From Bdellovibrionales bacterium (lineage in GTDB: Bacteria; Bdellovibrionota; Bdellovibrionia; Bdellovibrionales; JAUICD01), in assembly GCA_965203275.1 (NCBI GenBank), contig OZ241865.1:96001-160000 (forward strand): a stretch of DNA of 64,000 nucleotides. Direction: 5' to 3'. Positions 53,603 to 63,604 of the stretch are shown here, one piece after another (position 1 is the first letter of the stretch; each line of letters starts with the position of its first letter). The position numbers were made by a program, and so were the translations under genes. The notes under the pieces are model-generated. The model was given only the letters and a program-made list of their open reading frames with translations, had not been told where the DNA came from and searched no databases.

Positions 53603-55336
53603 ATGGACCTGAATAAAAACACAGCCATTGGATTACTTAAATTTTTAAAAGAATTTAGTGAATTAAGAAGTAAAAAGATCTTAACAGTGGATCAATTTGA
53701 GTCAGTTATTTATTTTTCTGACATCCCTCAAGAAAAAGAATGTAGTGTGATCACAAGGCATATCGAACAAAATCAAAAAAATCAAAAAAATATCAATTAT
53801 GATAAATGGATTGAGGTGAAAAAGCCTCAAAATATAGAACCCCCTCATCCACCCTCTACCATAACTGATTGGATTAAACATCAAGACTTAAATTCTTATC
53901 ATCAAGATTTAAAGCTTTTCTCTTATATTATACAAGAAAGTCTAGGTGTGAATGCTGAAGTCTTTACTCAAAAAGTTTTTATAGAAGATAATCCAAAAGT
54001 CCAACAAGCATTTGATATGTACTATCAACAAAAATGGCTTCCGTGGGCTGAAGAAAAAAGACGCATTGAACCTGTACAGAAACTTTATAATCAACTTTAT
54101 AACATTTATAACAAATATAAAAATCTAAGCGAAAACTATCAAATAGTATTAGGTTTAGGACTTCTCTCTACTTCAAGCTCAAATTCAAAAAATCAATCCC
54201 AATATATCAAAAGACATATTGTCACCACCCCAGCCTTAGTAGAATTTCATATTCAAACAGGCACAATAACCATTAAGCCTAAAGAAGATATGGAACTATC
54301 CCTTGAGCAAGAAATGCTTGATCTGAAAGAAATACCAGATGTGAGTGACAAGATAGACAAACAACTCAGTGAAATAGGAAATAATTTTTGGTCAAATGAT
54401 GCATTTTATAATTGTCTTAAGTCATGGATTCACTCGTATGATTCAGAAGCTCAATTTTGTCAAAATATTAATCAATTAAACTCGAGCTAAAGAAATAAAA
54501 ATATTAGGACAGGTGAGCATTGATGATCATAAAATTCGCTCTTATGAAGATGTTATTAAATTAAATGATCGCCTAGAAGCTCGCAGGGCAAGTCAAAAGT
54601 TAAACAAATTATGGGCCAATAAAATTTCAAGCTTAGATACTTCTAGTGATTTAGGTAATAATTATCACTACTTCAAAGATCTTTGTGAACCATTAGAAGA
54701 ATGCTTGAAGATTCATAAATCTGTTGAAGGCATAAAATCTATATTAAGTAAATACAAAATAGCACAACCGCAATGGCATTTACAAAATTTAAAAAAAGAA
54801 TTACAAATCATCAAAGCAGTATATGCCAATAGACAAAAAGCAAACATAGAATCTCAATTTGAAAACCTTACTTTACAATTAAAACCTTTTGAAAACCAAA
54901 AAAATCAAATGGCCTATCAAATGATACAATGTATTTATAATAGAGATTGTGATTCTTATGATTTTTTCTATACAAAGCTAAAAGATATTATTATGTATCA
55001 AGAGAGTTTTCAAAAAATAAATTCAATGTTTTTTTGAAAATAATAGATAAAGGGTTTCAGGTGATACCTCAATATGAAATTGGAGATTATAAGATCGATA
55101 TGGTTATTATCGGTCAAAAAGGCCAATTAGCTATTGAATGTGATGGTGATTTTTACCACCATGAAGGCAATAAAGCAGATGATCAACAAAGACAGTGGAA
55201 ATTAGAGCGGTGTGGTTGGACATTTTGGAGATTAAAGTATAGCAGATTTCAGTGGGACAAAGATAAATCTTTAGAAGAGCTATGGGAAACGCTCAAACAA
55301 ATGAATATAAATCCTAAGATTGGTAGCTGGGCTTAA
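53603..55336 (+). pseudogene. Fragmented large helicase/DUF559-type (Vsr-like) nuclease gene
   Basis: Three consecutive ORFs; the first has LY..LY..Y and IVLGLGLL..IKRH; the last has PQYEIGDYKIDMV..LAIECDG.FYH..D..RQ..LER.GW.FWR; no Walker motifs remain. Confidence 0.6.
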
Positions 55337-55611
55337 AAAATATCAATAAATTCTTGCTGAGATATTTGTTTTATATTACACATAATATAATAAGCCTTAG
55401 ATGCACTAAAATACGAATGTATCACAACATTACATTATGAAGAAGACTTTAAAAATAGCAGATGTATTTGATCAACAGGCTAAAGTTTGAGTTTTATTTC
55501 TCTATAAAAGTTGATAGAGCTACTAAAAAATTGCTTTTGCTTTAGTAATAAAAAATCATATTAAAACTTTTAAAGATTATTTTCAGGAAAAAAGAACAGG
55601 TTAAGAGGTGT

Positions 55612-57087
55612 ATGGAATCTCACGTAAGGGTACGCTTTGCTCCGAGTCCTACAGGCTATCTCCATATAGGTGGAGCAAGAACTGCCTTATTTAATTATTT
55701 GTATGCAAAACACACATCAGGTCAGTTTCTATTAAGAATAGAAGATACAGATCAAGAGCGATCAAATCTTGATTTTTTACAAAGTCAATTGCAAAGCCTT
55801 CAGTGGCTTGGACTTCAATGGGATCCATTGAATCCTTCAGAAGGTCAATTATCTAAAGACAACCTTTATCATCAAAGTCAAAATTTAAAAGTGTATAAAA
55901 AATATGCAAACCAATTGCTCCAAAATGGCAAAGCTTTTTATTGTTTTTGTACTGATCAAGAGATAAGCAGTAAAAAGCAAAAAGCTATTGCACAAGGTTT
56001 ATCGCCTCATTATGATGGAACTTGTTATCAATATTCATTAGATGAGGCCCAAGCAAAAAAAGCTACAGGGCAACCAGCCGTCATTCGTTTTAAAGTGCCG
56101 AAGATTCAAAAGCAATATCATGTACCCGATCTCATCAGAAAAGACGTATACTTTCCATCTAATATGATAGGAGACTTTGTGATTTTGCGATCGGATGATA
56201 TGCCTGTTTATAATTTTTGTTGTGTCATTGACGATCATCTTATGAAGATCACACATGTTTTTCGATCAGAGGAACATTTAAGTAATACTTTAAAGCAAAT
56301 GATGCTTTATGAAGCTTTTAATTGGTTATTGCCTCACTTTGTTCATTTGTCTTTCATTCTCTCTAATGATGGGAAAAAGCTCAGTAAGCGACTAGGTGCC
56401 ACATCTTGCCATGAATATCAAAAAAGAGGATTTTTACCAGAAGCTTTACTTAATTATTTAGCTTTATTGGGTTGGAGCGATGGTACAGATCAAGAAATTT
56501 TTACTCTTGAAGATCTCATTTCAAGGTTTACACTTGATCGTATTAACATTACCCCTGCAAGGTATGATGAGGACAAACTCAAAGCCATTAATGTTCATCA
56601 CTTGAGAAACTTGCCTTATAAGGAGCTTTGGCACAGAATCACTCCTTTTTTACAGACAGCTCATTTGGATATTAAAGGAACAACTCAATGGAAATATCAA
56701 TCTTTAGAGGTTTTAAAAAATTATATAGAAACCTTAGCAGATGTTCCTGCTTTGTATAAAATGTTAATGGATGCTTATTTTGAAGTGACAGAAGAAGGCT
56801 TAGAGGTTTTAAAATGGCCAAAATCTCATACAATACTTTTAGCTTGGCAAAAAAATCTAAACAATTTTTCAGGAGAGATTATGGATCAAGAACATTTTAT
56901 AAGCACACAAAAAGATATTCAAAAGCACTGTGAGGTCAAAGGTAAAGATCTATTTATGCCTTTAAGAGTGGCTATTTTAGGTCAACCACAAGGTTTAGAG
57001 CTTAAAAAACTTGTGCCATTATTTAAAATATCTTCTCTTCAAAAACGAGTGCAACAAGCTATAGATAAGCTAGATAAACGATCATGA
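55612..57087 (+). CDS. gltX: Glutamate--tRNA ligase
   Basis: RFAPSPTGYLHIGGARTA, LRIEDTD, CFC, KKLSKR. Confidence 0.97.
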   Translation: MESHVRVRFAPSPTGYLHIGGARTALFNYLYAKHTSGQFLLRIEDTDQERSNLDFLQSQLQSLQWLGLQWDPLNPSEGQLSKDNLYHQSQNLKVYKKYANQLLQNGKAFYCFCTDQEISSKKQKAIAQGLSPHYDGTCYQYSLDEAQAKKATGQPAVIRFKVPKIQKQYHVPDLIRKDVYFPSNMIGDFVILRSDDMPVYNFCCVIDDHLMKITHVFRSEEHLSNTLKQMMLYEAFNWLLPHFVHLSFILSNDGKKLSKRLGATSCHEYQKRGFLPEALLNYLALLGWSDGTDQEIFTLEDLISRFTLDRINITPARYDEDKLKAINVHHLRNLPYKELWHRITPFLQTAHLDIKGTTQWKYQSLEVLKNYIETLADVPALYKMLMDAYFEVTEEGLEVLKWPKSHTILLAWQKNLNNFSGEIMDQEHFISTQKDIQKHCEVKGKDLFMPLRVAILGQPQGLELKKLVPLFKISSLQKRVQQAIDKLDKRS

Positions 57088-57965
57088 TCACAGAGAAAGG
57101 GCATCTTTTTGTTGTCGGTCTACCTATAGGCCATATAGAAGATATAACCTTAAGAGCTTTGTTGACTCTCAACCAAGTGGATATTATTGCAGCAGAAGAC
57201 ACAAGAAGTTTTCAAAGATTTTATCATCAAGTAAATAAAAAGTTACAAAATGATTTTCAATTTAAAGTCATATCTCAAAAATCATCTTTTAAAATTATAA
57301 GTTATCATAAGCACAATGAAGCTAAAGCGACTCAATATCTTCTCAAGCTTCTGTATGCTCAGAAAAGTGTAGCTCTTGTTTCAGAAGCAGGAGTACCTCA
57401 AATCAGTGATCCTGGATACAAAATCATATCTCAATGTTACCAAGAAGGTATTCCCGTGATAGCTATTCCAGGAGTTTCAGCTTTAACAACAGCACTCTCT
57501 CTTTCTCCTTTTCATTCTAGTCATCATTATTTTATAGGATTTCCACCTAAAAAAGCTCATAAAAGAGATAATCTTTTTCAAATTTTGAGTCATTATGATT
57601 GTCAGCTTATTGCATTTGAAGCACCTCATAGATTGTTAGAGCATATACACTCTGCTCAAAAATGGTTTGCTAATCGCTCTGTTTGTATTCAAAAGGAACT
57701 GACCAAACCTTTTGAAAGCATCAAAATCTATCCTAGTCCCAGTTGCTGTGTTTTAGAACAGAAGCCTCAAGGTGAATTTGTTATTATTTACTCTGCTCCA
57801 CATCATCAAAAATTCAGTAAAGAAAAAACAACAGAGCATATTCACCAGATGATAAAGCAAAATAAAACATCTAAAGAAATTGCAAAACAGCTTGCTCCCC
57901 ATAGTATCTTAAACAGGTCAGAGATTTATCGTCTTGTAGAAAAATTACAAAAGGTTTACTTTTAG
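57084..57965 (+). CDS. rsmI: 16S rRNA C1402 2'-O-methyltransferase
   Basis: PIGHIEDITLRA, AAEDTR, VSEAGVPQISDPG, FEAPHRL, ELTK; stop lies within an element end. Confidence 0.92.
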   Translation: MITEKGHLFVVGLPIGHIEDITLRALLTLNQVDIIAAEDTRSFQRFYHQVNKKLQNDFQFKVISQKSSFKIISYHKHNEAKATQYLLKLLYAQKSVALVSEAGVPQISDPGYKIISQCYQEGIPVIAIPGVSALTTALSLSPFHSSHHYFIGFPPKKAHKRDNLFQILSHYDCQLIAFEAPHRLLEHIHSAQKWFANRSVCIQKELTKPFESIKIYPSPSCCVLEQKPQGEFVIIYSAPHHQKFSKEKTTEHIHQMIKQNKTSKEIAKQLAPHSILNRSEIYRLVEKLQKVYF

Positions 57966-58234
57966 TGAGCCAACTCCTCCAGCCTGCCTTCGCATCCCAC
58001 TCATAATATTTATATTTTTTGAAAATTACGCAGAATCTAAGAAGAATAAAAAAACAAAAAAAGAAATCTTGTTTTCTTATGCATTTTGAGTGAAGCAAAC
58101 GGCTGGTTTATTTTTAGTGAGACAAACGTGGTCATCACCAGAAAGTGACCAGAGACTAGTGGCACAAAATCTCTTTCGAATCATAACCCACTGATTTTAC
58201 TAAACTTTATTTTTGCAGGCTATCAAACTCAGGA
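57952..58234 (+). repeat. Element 3' ends, accessory module and 79-bp repeat
   Basis: GTTTACTTTTAGTGAG at rsmI stop; GCCTGCCTTCGCATCCCACTCAT..GCAGAATC module; 58156-58234 matches 24103-24181. Confidence 0.8.
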
Positions 58235-58274
58235 GCAACCTACTGAAAAATTTAATATTTTTTCTTATTTTTGT

Positions 58275-58301
58275 TAAAGATTTTTTGCAAACATCCGATA
58301 C
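58275..58301 (+). promoter_or_regulatory. Putative sigma28 (FliA) promoter
   Basis: TAAAGATT-N11-TCCGATAC. Confidence 0.45.
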
Positions 58302-58412
58302 CATACTTAAGTAGTGATCACCATGTAAATCTTAAAACCATTAATTCAGTAAGCCGTGGAGGTATGAGTCCCATAGCTCTTTTTAATTTTAATTTAAACA
58401 GAGGGGGTAAAA

Positions 58413-58661
58413 ATGAAATATTTAATTTGTTTTTTATTTGCTTTTGGTATTTCCAGTTTGGCCAATAATGCCTTTGGATATGACAGCACAACATTTATTG
58501 GAAATAGTGCTTATTATTCTGACGGCACTAGTTCAAGAAAAATTGGGAGTGCTTGGTATAATTCAGACGGCACTAGCTCAAGAAAGATTGGGAATACTTT
58601 ATTTCATTCAGACGGCGAAAGCTCAACACAAATAGGCAACATTATTTTTCATAATCAATAA
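58413..58661 (+). CDS. Small secreted beta-hairpin repeat protein
   Basis: Signal peptide; three copies of SDG(T/E)SS..IG. Confidence 0.7.
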   Translation: MKYLICFLFAFGISSLANNAFGYDSTTFIGNSAYYSDGTSSRKIGSAWYNSDGTSSRKIGNTLFHSDGESSTQIGNIIFHNQ

Positions 58662-58761
58662 AGCTTCTGTGAGACGACCTTATAATCATCCACATTGGCA
58701 AAAGCTAAGTGGATGCTGTGAGGGTTTATTAATTTAACTAGTTAAAAGAGGGGGCAAGAAA

Positions 58762-59025
58762 ATGAGGTATTTAATAATATTTTGCATGTTTTTTATTCCT
58801 TTACCTACATTTGCTGGGAACTGCGACTATTCTTGGCAAAGAGATTCGGCAGGACGTCGATGCGGAGGGAGGGCGGCCAATGTTCGACCTGGTGGACGAC
58901 TTGGCGGGACCGGACATTATATAGATTCTTATGAAAGGCCTAGAATTTATGGCAGAGATAATGATCCATACGATGATTTTAATTTTAATTATGAGGATGA
59001 TGAGAAAGACTCATGGGATGATTAA
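58762..59025 (+). CDS. Small secreted Cys/Gly/Arg-rich protein
   Basis: Signal peptide, then GNCDYSWQRDSAGRRCGGRAA..RPGG. Confidence 0.7.
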   Translation: MRYLIIFCMFFIPLPTFAGNCDYSWQRDSAGRRCGGRAANVRPGGRLGGTGHYIDSYERPRIYGRDNDPYDDFNFNYEDDEKDSWDD

Positions 59026-59054
59026 TTTAACCAACTAAAAGAAGGAGATAGATT

Positions 59055-59270
59055 ATGGACTTTTTATCGTCTGTTTTATATTTTGCTCTCTTGGTGGCTG
59101 TGTGTGTGATTGTCGTTTTCTGTGTTCTGTCAATACTTGGTAAAATTGAAGCACATAAAGAGCGAGAGAGACTTAAGAGAAACATTGCACAAATGAATGA
59201 CTTCGAAATTTCTCTTTTCTTGATGTATTTAAGAAAAGCAAAGACTATGAGATGGTACGCTTCATTATAG
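59055..59270 (+). CDS. Small membrane protein
   Basis: AAGGAG RBS; single transmembrane helix. Confidence 0.5.
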   Translation: MDFLSSVLYFALLVAVCVIVVFCVLSILGKIEAHKERERLKRNIAQMNDFEISLFLMYLRKAKTMRWYASL

Positions 59271-59699
59271 CGATCAGAACTGAGGTAATGAAAGAAAGAA
59301 TGGAAGAAATCGGAATTCGTGAACCTGAGAAATAGAGTTTTTTAGCCAGTGTTTTCCATCTAGTTCATTTGCTCGCTTTTTTTCAGTTATTATAGGCTTT
59401 TTTGTTGGATATTTCTGGTTATTTCAAGCATTTAAACTCCTTTTTAATACATGGATTCATTTTAACATTAGTGTATCACCTATTCTCATAAGCGACTTGA
59501 AAACTAGATAAACAGTCAGTCTATGAAATATGGAGTGAGGTCAGTGCAAGAAGAAGATTTACAGAAGATACGGAAAATACAGGATTGAGATTAGATGCAT
59601 TAAAAAGTATCTTTTTTGATAAGCATAAGATTTGCAATGTAGATATATTTGATGTTTTAGCATCTGCGTCTTTATTGATTAAATTATCAATAATCCTTT

Positions 59700-59936
59700 C
59701 TACATGTAGGGCATGGGATGATTTTCCTTTTTAAAGGTTGTCCAATTATTAATATCTGGATAAAATTTTTGCTCTCCATGATCAACTACAATACGGGAAG
59801 CATAAGCAATAGAAGGTAAATTAATAACTAAAATGCCAGATTTTTTATTTACTTTGCCATCATACATGCTTGAGTATATTTCCCAATCAATGTGTTTACG
59901 ATCTTTTGTTTCTTTACCGACAAGAAGAATCGTCAC
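59700..59936 (-). pseudogene. Remnant of a ThsB/MTH538-like TIR domain
   Basis: VTILLVGKET..RKHIDWEIYSS...K.SGILVINLP; N-terminal strand and start are missing. Confidence 0.65.
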
Positions 59937-59969
59937 AGTGGACTTAAATATAAAAAAGTAAAATGTGCA

Positions 59970-60878
59970 TTAGATGGGAAGAGATAATCTGTTTGAATGA
60001 AGTGATAACTTTATAAATTCTCTCTGCAAAGTATCAGGTCTTATAGCCTCAATATAATGAGGATTTTTCTTTCCTAACTCTTTCAAAACTGTTTCCTTTT
60101 TTTTCTTCTCAAGATGATTCAATAGCATTTCAACAGTAATACCTGCTCCAATACCAAAAACAATTGACCCACCTTTTGAAATATTAAAAAGATTCCTTGC
60201 TACATGGTACCCAGCTATTCCTGCAAGTGGAGAGGCTGTTCCCCTCAACAAATCATAAGACTGTATCTTCCCATGATAGACACCATATCCAAGACCACAA
60301 ACTCCTAAAATAACTTGGAGTGGGTTAGCTGTTGCAAAACCAAGGCAAAGCGTGCTAGCTGTAACCCTCGATATAGCTTTAGGATCACCTGATCGTATAG
60401 CTGAAATAAGAAATAAAACATTAAGACCTGAAGCAAAAGCTTCCCCTGCATTGATACTATTTATATCCCTCATGTATTCTCGGATTTGTCCAGGAGTAAT
60501 GATTCCACCTAAGCTTCCTGAAATTTCAGAACTTAAACTTTTATAAGCTGGTCTGTCTAAAGTAAAAAGAGGGATACCTTCAGGAGTAACAAACTCATTA
60601 AAGTGTGCCTTGATGTATTCAAAAAAATCTACCGATCCTGTTTGGTCTTTAATAGCTTTATAGCTACCTACTAAAGTATGAAAGCCATCAAATGATCTGT
60701 GAGATCCTCCCCCAATATGTGTTTTGTTATAAACCTCGTCCATAATTTTACTATATTGGCTCGGACTATGATTTTCTAAAAATTTAAAAAAGCCTTTATG
60801 AGTTTCTAAAAACATAGCACTAGCAAATAAACTTGGATCTTTAAGACCTTGAAATTTCTTCTTGGGTTTATAGAACAT
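59970..60878 (-). CDS. Hypothetical membrane protein
   Basis: GGGAGG RBS; GGSHRSFDGFHT motif; Gly-rich hydrophobic C-terminal helices. Confidence 0.65.
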   Translation of the reverse strand: MFYKPKKKFQGLKDPSLFASAMFLETHKGFFKFLENHSPSQYSKIMDEVYNKTHIGGGSHRSFDGFHTLVGSYKAIKDQTGSVDFFEYIKAHFNEFVTPEGIPLFTLDRPAYKSLSSEISGSLGGIITPGQIREYMRDINSINAGEAFASGLNVLFLISAIRSGDPKAISRVTASTLCLGFATANPLQVILGVCGLGYGVYHGKIQSYDLLRGTASPLAGIAGYHVARNLFNISKGGSIVFGIGAGITVEMLLNHLEKKKKETVLKELGKKNPHYIEAIRPDTLQREFIKLSLHSNRLSLPI

Positions 60879-60892
60879 AAACATCCTCCCTA

Positions 60893-62041
60893 TCACCAGT
60901 CATAAGCCTGAGACATTTCTTTAGCCTTTTTATATAAAGAGATTGTTTTGTTTAAGTTTTCTTTATTAGATTCAGATAATTTATTTTGCAGTTCTTCACT
61001 TCTAGTTTCTAGTTCTTCTAAACTTTTATTAATTTGTTCATGGATCAAGTCAGGTATTAGAGAAGCTTTGTAAAAGTGTTTTTGTACCCGCCCTATAGCT
61101 AAAGCTAAAGGAAGAACCATTTGAGTTTGTTGTTCCATTCCTTTTAAATTTTTAACAGTAGAAGCACTGCCAACTATTGCACCAGTAGTAAATCCTAAAA
61201 TTTGACCACCAAGCATTCCAAATCCGCCTGATGCCAATGAACCACCCCCTAACAATGCTAATCCATAGTTAGTTGCCGCTGCACCAGATAGTCCAGCTAG
61301 ACTACCAATGCAACCGGCAGCTATAGGAGTTAAAAACAAACCGCTTGCACCCATTGCTAAACCACCCATTATAACTTTTCCTACATATCCTACCTTCTTC
61401 CAAAATATACCATGTAATTCATAGGAGGCTTCTTCAATTTCTTTGGCTATATTCACTTCTTGCATTTCAGTAAGCAGGGGACATAGTTCTTTCTTTAATG
61501 ATAAAATATCTTTGTTTGGAAAAAATATTTCATATATCCAATATATCCATCTTATCCACCACGACTGTTTAGTAGATAATGAAAGCTCTTTTGAAGATAT
61601 GACTTTAATTGATTCTTTAATAAATCGCTCAAAAAGTTTTTGGTTTTCTTCAGCAAATTCTTTATGATCTGGTATTTGTTTCCCTTCTTTGTTTGTAGTA
61701 AAAAAGGGGTATATATAATTTCTAAAAAAGACAAACTGCAATCGATATAGTAATCCATATCTTCTATCTTTGGCTTTAATCCGCTTATGTTGCTTGTACC
61801 ACTCTAACTCCTCAATCCACCACTGTTTTACAAAAATAGAAAATAAATCAGAATCATTCTCTGAATATTTAAGTTGCAATTTAGGAAATGATTGCAGAGC
61901 ATTATTGAGTTGTTTTTTTCTCCTCGCTTGATCTTCTGGACAAGGTGTATTTTGAACAGTATTTTTAGCACAGTCAATGAGAAGCCATTTTATAATTTCT
62001 TTTTGATAATCTGTGGTTTTCTCTAAATTTTCAAAATGCAT
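60893..62041 (-). CDS. Hypothetical protein with Gly-zipper membrane region
   Basis: AGGAGG RBS; GLSGAAATNYGLALLGGGSLASGGFGMLGG; C-terminal coiled coil. Confidence 0.7.
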   Translation of the reverse strand: MHFENLEKTTDYQKEIIKWLLIDCAKNTVQNTPCPEDQARRKKQLNNALQSFPKLQLKYSENDSDLFSIFVKQWWIEELEWYKQHKRIKAKDRRYGLLYRLQFVFFRNYIYPFFTTNKEGKQIPDHKEFAEENQKLFERFIKESIKVISSKELSLSTKQSWWIRWIYWIYEIFFPNKDILSLKKELCPLLTEMQEVNIAKEIEEASYELHGIFWKKVGYVGKVIMGGLAMGASGLFLTPIAAGCIGSLAGLSGAAATNYGLALLGGGSLASGGFGMLGGQILGFTTGAIVGSASTVKNLKGMEQQTQMVLPLALAIGRVQKHFYKASLIPDLIHEQINKSLEELETRSEELQNKLSESNKENLNKTISLYKKAKEMSQAYDW

Positions 62042-62153
62042 GCAACACCTCCTATTTAATGGTTTTAAAAAATATTTAATTCTATACATAATTTAATTTT
62101 ATACATAAAGTTATATCGGTCACATAATTGAAAAACTTAAGTTAAATCTTTTA

Positions 62154-62262
62154 TTTCACTAAAAGTGGTCAAGCTTTCTAGGTTGCCAGCATTTAAGAAG
62201 GCGAAAGCCTTCGGCTGGCAAGCCAAAAGTAGCCAGAGGCTAGACCACTTTTAGTGAGCCAA
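62154..62262 (+). repeat. Isolated element core
   Basis: ACTAAAAGTGGTC...GAAGGC-GAAA-GCCTTC...GACCACTTTTAGT. Confidence 0.85.
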
Positions 62263-62335
62263 CTCTTGACAAGCTTAAACATAAGTGCTTAGCTAGTACT
62301 TCCAACAACTCAGAGGGCAATAATAAGGAGGTTTT

Positions 62336-62494
62336 ATGTCTGCTAAAGTTACTCAAAAAGGCATACAGACAGCAAAGGAAAAGCAAGATATTTTATTACC
62401 AAAAAAAGCTGGTTCTATCCACAACGATGCTTTCCAAGGTGTTTTTGATGATGAAGACAGACTAAAGCGACTGCTTTTTTTCCACTCAAAATAA
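62336..62494 (+). pseudogene. 52-codon gene start truncated by an element; possibly an Rpn/YhgA N-terminus
   Basis: TAAGGAGG RBS; HNDAFQGVFDDEDRLKRLL resembles the YhgA HD..FK..F start; the frame ends inside CACTCAAAATAA. Confidence 0.4.
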
Positions 62495-63512
62495 ATCATG
62501 CCGTCTGTTTCACTTGAAATGAACCACACCTCTGGTGTGTTTTTTGGTGTTGCCTGCAAAGGCTTTCGCCTTTGACAAAATAGGCAACACCTAAAAAATC
62601 CATTCATTTCAAGTAAGAAAGGATATCCTTGCCACTTGACATCATGTTAAGGAAAATGTCCTTCTAATGGCAGTTAGCCCGACGGCTACCGCCGTCGATC
62701 AAAGGCTAACTGCCTAGAAAATCCATTTATTTTGAGTAGGGAGGATCCTTTTATTCCTTTACACCATGTTAAGGAAATTTTTCTTTTATTGTCTTAAGAG
62801 CAAACAAGCTTACAAATGAAACTCTTTTTCCCTAACATTGTCTTTATCCGGGATCTGGGATCCGGCAACCCACCATCGGGCAGATAGTTATCAAAAGGAA
62901 ATTTTTCCTTAACATGTAGTTAAGAGACGAGGAGATCCTCCCCTACTCAAAATGCATAGATTTTTGAGGCAATGACCATTTTGTCAAAGGCGAAAGCCTT
63001 TGCGGTCATTGCCCAAGGTGTAAGAAGGAACTTTTTCCTTAACATGTGGTCAAGAGACGAGAGGATCCTCCCCTACTTGAAATGAACAGATTTTTGAGGC
63101 ATTGCTCTTTTTAGACAGCGTGAGCTGTCAGAGCAATGCCCAAAAACACACCAGAGGTGTGGTTCATTTCAAGTGCAAAAGACGGCATGATGCATTTTGA
63201 GTGAAAAAAAACGTATCGAATTTTGAGTATATCTTGTATAATTTGAAGGACTGTGATATTCTTAAAGATGTAAAAGATAATGTGATTCGACCTTCATTAT
63301 GGACCTTTCAACAGATATGGTCTTTAAAGAAAGGTCAAGATCAGAAGTCAAGTAAAAGTCTTGTTTCCTTAATATGGTGTTTATCAAGAGATCCGGCAAA
63401 CAGGCAAGGATGAAGCAAACGCCTTGTTTTCTCATGATATTCATCTGGGATCCCGGATTGACACAATGTTAAGGAAACAAGCTGGTTAGCACGACGGCTG
63501 TCGCCGTCGATC
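62483..63512. repeat. Structured element cluster
   Basis: Minus cores 62506-62775; plus cores 62897-63205 (ACTTGAAATGAAC 63075-63087 pairs with GTTCATTTCAAGT 63162-63174); degenerate pieces 63355-63512. Confidence 0.88.
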
Positions 63513-63604
63513 TCTCTAACACCTATAAATAAAACATTCTCAAAAAAAAAGATATCCACATTCGCAAATCAAATGTCAAGCTCAGGAACTGTCAAAGTCA
63601 GGAC

